Source of the DNA: Candidatus Marinacidobacterales bacterium
GTDB lineage: Bacteria; Acidobacteriota; Vicinamibacteria; Marinacidobacterales; SMYC01
DNA: 64,000 bases
NCBI GenBank assembly: GCA_965237955.1
Contig: OZ250169.1
Span: forward strand, 4,672,001 to 4,736,000
Direction: 5' to 3'
Positions 61,185-64,000 of this stretch are shown here, piece by piece; positions within the stretch are counted from its first letter, which is position 1, and the number at the start of each line of letters is the position of its first letter. The notes beneath the pieces were generated by a model that saw nothing but the letters and a program-made list of their open reading frames with translations, ran no database searches and was not told the origin of the DNA. The position numbers were made by a program, and so were the translations under genes.

Positions 61185-62054
61185 TTGCACTTGGTAGCCT
61201 CCGGGACCTTTCGCGAGCGGTTGAAGGCTGGTCTTGCTCGGACCAGGGAAGTCCTTTCCCTTGGGGTTTCCGAGACGCCGGATTGGGACGCTCTCGAGGA
61301 ATCTCTTGTTCTTGCGGACGTTGGGATTCCGGCGACTAAGGAAATCCTCGAGCGGTTGCGGGCTCGCGGTAGCGCCGAGGGTCTTCGGGACGAGTTGCTT
61401 GCCATTGTAAACGGTCCCGCGCGCGCGGCCAAGCCCGCTGCTCCGCCGCGGGTCACCATGATCGTGGGCGTCAACGGGGTCGGGAAGACGACGACGGTTG
61501 CGAAGCTCGCAGGATTGGTCGTCGGGAGCGGCGCGAGTGCGATCGTCGTGGCCGCCGATACGTTTCGCGCGGCCGCGCAAGAGCAGCTCGCGACCTGGGC
61601 CGGAAGAGTCGGTGTGGACGTCATCGGCGGCTCGTCTGGACGCGACCCGGCGTCCATCGTGCACGACGGTGTTCAAGCGGGCCTCGCTCGCGGTATCGAC
61701 GAGGTTTTTGTCGACACCGCCGGGCGACTCCACACGAAACAACCGCTCATGGACGAGCTCGCCAAGATCGAGCGCGTCGCGACCCGCGTGGTCCCCGAAG
61801 CCCCTCACGAAACGTTCCTCGTCATGGACGCCACAATAGGAAGCAACGGTCTGATGCAAGCCCGCCAATTCGCACAGGCACTGAACCTTACCGGGATCAT
61901 CCTCACCAAGATGGACGGCACCGCGAAGGGCGGGGTGGTGCTCGCGATTGCGAAAGAGCTGGAGCTCCCGGTGCGTTATGTGGGCGTGGGAGAGAACGTG
62001 GATGATTTGTTGGAGTTCGACGCGGAGGAATTCGTAGACGCGTTGATAGGCTGA
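61185..62054 (+). CDS. ftsY: SRP receptor FtsY (compact NG form)
   Basis: GVNGVGKTTT, DTFRAAA, DTAGRL, TKMDGTAKGG. Confidence 0.95.
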   Translation: MHLVASGTFRERLKAGLARTREVLSLGVSETPDWDALEESLVLADVGIPATKEILERLRARGSAEGLRDELLAIVNGPARAAKPAAPPRVTMIVGVNGVGKTTTVAKLAGLVVGSGASAIVVAADTFRAAAQEQLATWAGRVGVDVIGGSSGRDPASIVHDGVQAGLARGIDEVFVDTAGRLHTKQPLMDELAKIERVATRVVPEAPHETFLVMDATIGSNGLMQARQFAQALNLTGIILTKMDGTAKGGVVLAIAKELELPVRYVGVGENVDDLLEFDAEEFVDALIG

Positions 62055-62062
62055 GTAAGATC

Positions 62063-62209
62063 CGCCATCGGCCATCAGCCGTCGGCCATCAGCCCTCCGG
62101 TATTGACTTCACCTTCGGGTGAAGCGACGGAGTCGATAGCGAAGGTGTTCCTTCCGAGGCGCGGGCGACACGATTCTGCTGATGGCTGATGGCTGATGGC
62201 CGATGGCTG
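62063..62209. repeat. Heptamer-bounded inverted-repeat element upstream of ribD
   Basis: GCCATCGGCCATCAGCCGTCGGCCATCAGC ... GCTGATGGCTGATGGCTGATGGCCGATGGCTG. Confidence 0.8.
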
Positions 62210-62228
62210 CAGTACTATCCGGATCGAA

Positions 62229-63323
62229 ATGCACACTGACGAAAAACACATGCGGCGCGCCCTCGCTCTCGCGACGCTGGGGCGAGGGACGACGACGCCG
62301 AACCCGCTCGTCGGTGCGGTCGTGGCGCGCGGTGCGCGCGTGCTCGGCCAGGGGTATCACCGGCGTCCCGGCGAGCCTCATGCCGAGGCTCTCGCCCTGG
62401 GGCAAGTCAAAAGTGCGCACGGGGCCACCCTCTACACGAATCTCGAGCCGTGCTGTCACACCGGACGAACACCGCCGTGCGTGGACGAGATCGTCCGCTC
62501 ACGGATTAGCCGTGTGGTTGCAGCGATGCGGGATCCGAACCCACGGGTGAACGGCGGCGGCTTCCGAGCGCTCAGAAGCCACGGCATCGAAGTCGAGATC
62601 GGGCTCCTGCGGGATGAAGCGTCCCAACTGAACGAAGGGTTCACGAAGCGAGCTAAGACGGGGCTTCCGTTCGTGACGCTCAAGGGAGCTCTCAGCCTCG
62701 ATGGGCGCATTGCGACGCGCACCGGCGATTCCAAGTGGATCACTTCGCTCACCGCTCGACGACATGCACGGGTGCTGCGAGCAGAAAACGACGCAATCGT
62801 GGTCGGTATCGGCACTGCGTTGGCCGACGACCCGAGGTTGAATCGTCGACCACGCCTTCCGGGGGCGGCACCGTTCGTGCGGGTGGTGCTCGACGGATCG
62901 TTGCGCCTGCCGCTCGGCGCCAGGCTGGTCACGACCCTTCGGGAAGGACCGGTGGTGGTGTTTTGCGGGCCCAACGGGGCGCCGTCGAAGCGCCGCCGGC
63001 TGTCGGCCGCCGGTATCGACGTCGAGACCGTCGGCCGTCGGCGAGGAAAACTCGACCTCGAAGCGGTTTTGCGGAAGCTCGCCGAGCGCGGTTTGACCAA
63101 GGTTCTCGTCGAAGGCGGGGGAGAGGTCCACGCGAGCTTTCTCGAGCAGGGCCTCGCGGATCGTTTGGTCCTCTACGTAGCGCCGCGCCTCATCGGTGGG
63201 ACGTCGGCGCGGGCGCTCATTGGCGGCCACGGCGTCGGAGGCGTCGGCGAAGCGTCGGTGCTCCGGCAGGCTCGGTGTACGCGCGTGGGAGACGAGTGGA
63301 TGATCGAAGGAGAGCTCGGCTGA
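62229..63323 (+). CDS. ribD: Bifunctional riboflavin biosynthesis deaminase/reductase
   Basis: PNPLVGAV, HAE, LEPCCH.GRTPPC, SLDGRIA, DDPRL, VEGG. Confidence 0.96.
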   Translation: MHTDEKHMRRALALATLGRGTTTPNPLVGAVVARGARVLGQGYHRRPGEPHAEALALGQVKSAHGATLYTNLEPCCHTGRTPPCVDEIVRSRISRVVAAMRDPNPRVNGGGFRALRSHGIEVEIGLLRDEASQLNEGFTKRAKTGLPFVTLKGALSLDGRIATRTGDSKWITSLTARRHARVLRAENDAIVVGIGTALADDPRLNRRPRLPGAAPFVRVVLDGSLRLPLGARLVTTLREGPVVVFCGPNGAPSKRRRLSAAGIDVETVGRRRGKLDLEAVLRKLAERGLTKVLVEGGGEVHASFLEQGLADRLVLYVAPRLIGGTSARALIGGHGVGGVGEASVLRQARCTRVGDEWMIEGELG

Positions 63324-63964
63324 TGTTCACCGGACTGGTGGAGGCTATGGGAACCATCGAGAGCATCGAGCGCACCGAGCTCAATGAGCCCGATGAGCCC
63401 AACGACAAAGTCGAGCTCGTCGAGCTAACGATCGAAAGCCAAGAGATAGCGCCCTTGCTGAACCTCGGTGATAGCGTCGCCGTTTCCGGGGTCTGTCTCA
63501 CTGCGACGCGTATCGAACCACCCCGGTTTCGAGTCGACGTTGCTCGGGAGACGCTTCGGCGCAGCACGCTCGGCCAGCTGGCCCTGGGTGACGCTGTCAA
63601 TCTCGAGCTTCCGCTCTGTTTCGATGCCCGCCTCGGTGGTCACTTCGTTCAGGGCCACGTCGATGCCCCCGGTCGGGTGACGCACGCGGGTCCTCGAGAC
63701 GGGGACTACGTGCTTTCGATCGAGCACGCCGAAGAGGCGGACCCTCTCGTCGTCGAGAAAGGCTCGATCGCCATCGATGGTGTCAGTCTCACCGTGACCG
63801 GCTGTGGGCCGTCGTGGCTAGAGGTGATGCTCATTCCTCATACACTCGACGTGACCACCCTCGGGCTGCTCACGCCTGGCGACGGCGTCAATCTCGAGTA
63901 CGATATACTGGCAAAATATATGGTTCGGCTCGCGGAGCCTTATCTGGGGAAGCGGTCCGAGTGA
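63323..63964 (+). CDS. ribE: Riboflavin synthase (alpha chain)
   Basis: MFTGLVE, GDSVAVSGVCLT, LGGHFVQGHVD, KGSIAIDGVSLT. Confidence 0.95.
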   Translation: MFTGLVEAMGTIESIERTELNEPDEPNDKVELVELTIESQEIAPLLNLGDSVAVSGVCLTATRIEPPRFRVDVARETLRRSTLGQLALGDAVNLELPLCFDARLGGHFVQGHVDAPGRVTHAGPRDGDYVLSIEHAEEADPLVVEKGSIAIDGVSLTVTGCGPSWLEVMLIPHTLDVTTLGLLTPGDGVNLEYDILAKYMVRLAEPYLGKRSE

Positions 63965-64000
63965 CGTTTTAACGGGGGTTGCTTTCATGGAACCGCAGAA

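Noticed and set aside
62055-62228. FMN riboswitch upstream of ribD
   Set aside because: The conserved RFN motifs (AGGGCGGGGUGAAAUUCCC, GGAUGGGAG) are not present; the region is a heptamer-bounded element.
63987-64000. Start of the next rib gene
   Set aside because: Only four codons are visible, so it cannot be identified.

Overview
The window has two parts. (1) Bases 1-14897 are a heavily rearranged mobile island. It holds a truncated serine recombinase, recD2, a DUF2442/DUF4160 toxin-antitoxin-like pair, a low-GC HEXXH lipoprotein, gene fragments, and IS3, IS256, IS5 and ISAzo13 remnants. It also holds one intact rve/DDE transposase (7708-8778) whose left end occurs six times. (2) Bases 14897-64000 are GC-rich core chromosome: fused lptFG, smc, asnS, rimO, rimP-nusA-infB-rbfA-truB-rpsO-pnp, purC, an ECF sigma operon, nrdR, ntrYX-like genes, NFACT, cinA, thpR, cyclase/HD-GYP, ftsY and ribD-ribE. 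Gene content suggests Acidobacteriota (inference). The best candidate for a new system is an ORF-less group II intron (4539-5440, minus strand) inserted exactly in the terminal inverted repeat (TIR) of a miniature rve-family element. Its putative EBS1/EBS2 sequences are perfectly complementary to that TIR, two more unoccupied sites lie nearby, and at 1203 the reverse nesting occurs (an IS end inside an intron remnant). Around it, IHF-site-bearing IS ends bracket single genes or fragments within an 8.1 kb unit bounded by 211 bp hybrid inverted repeats. The core region shows heptamer/octamer-bounded hairpin elements at gene junctions, many in-frame micro-duplications, a diverged 83-codon duplication in lptFG, and a cloverleaf-like leader upstream of purC. 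All calls come from reading the sequence by eye; no database searches were run.
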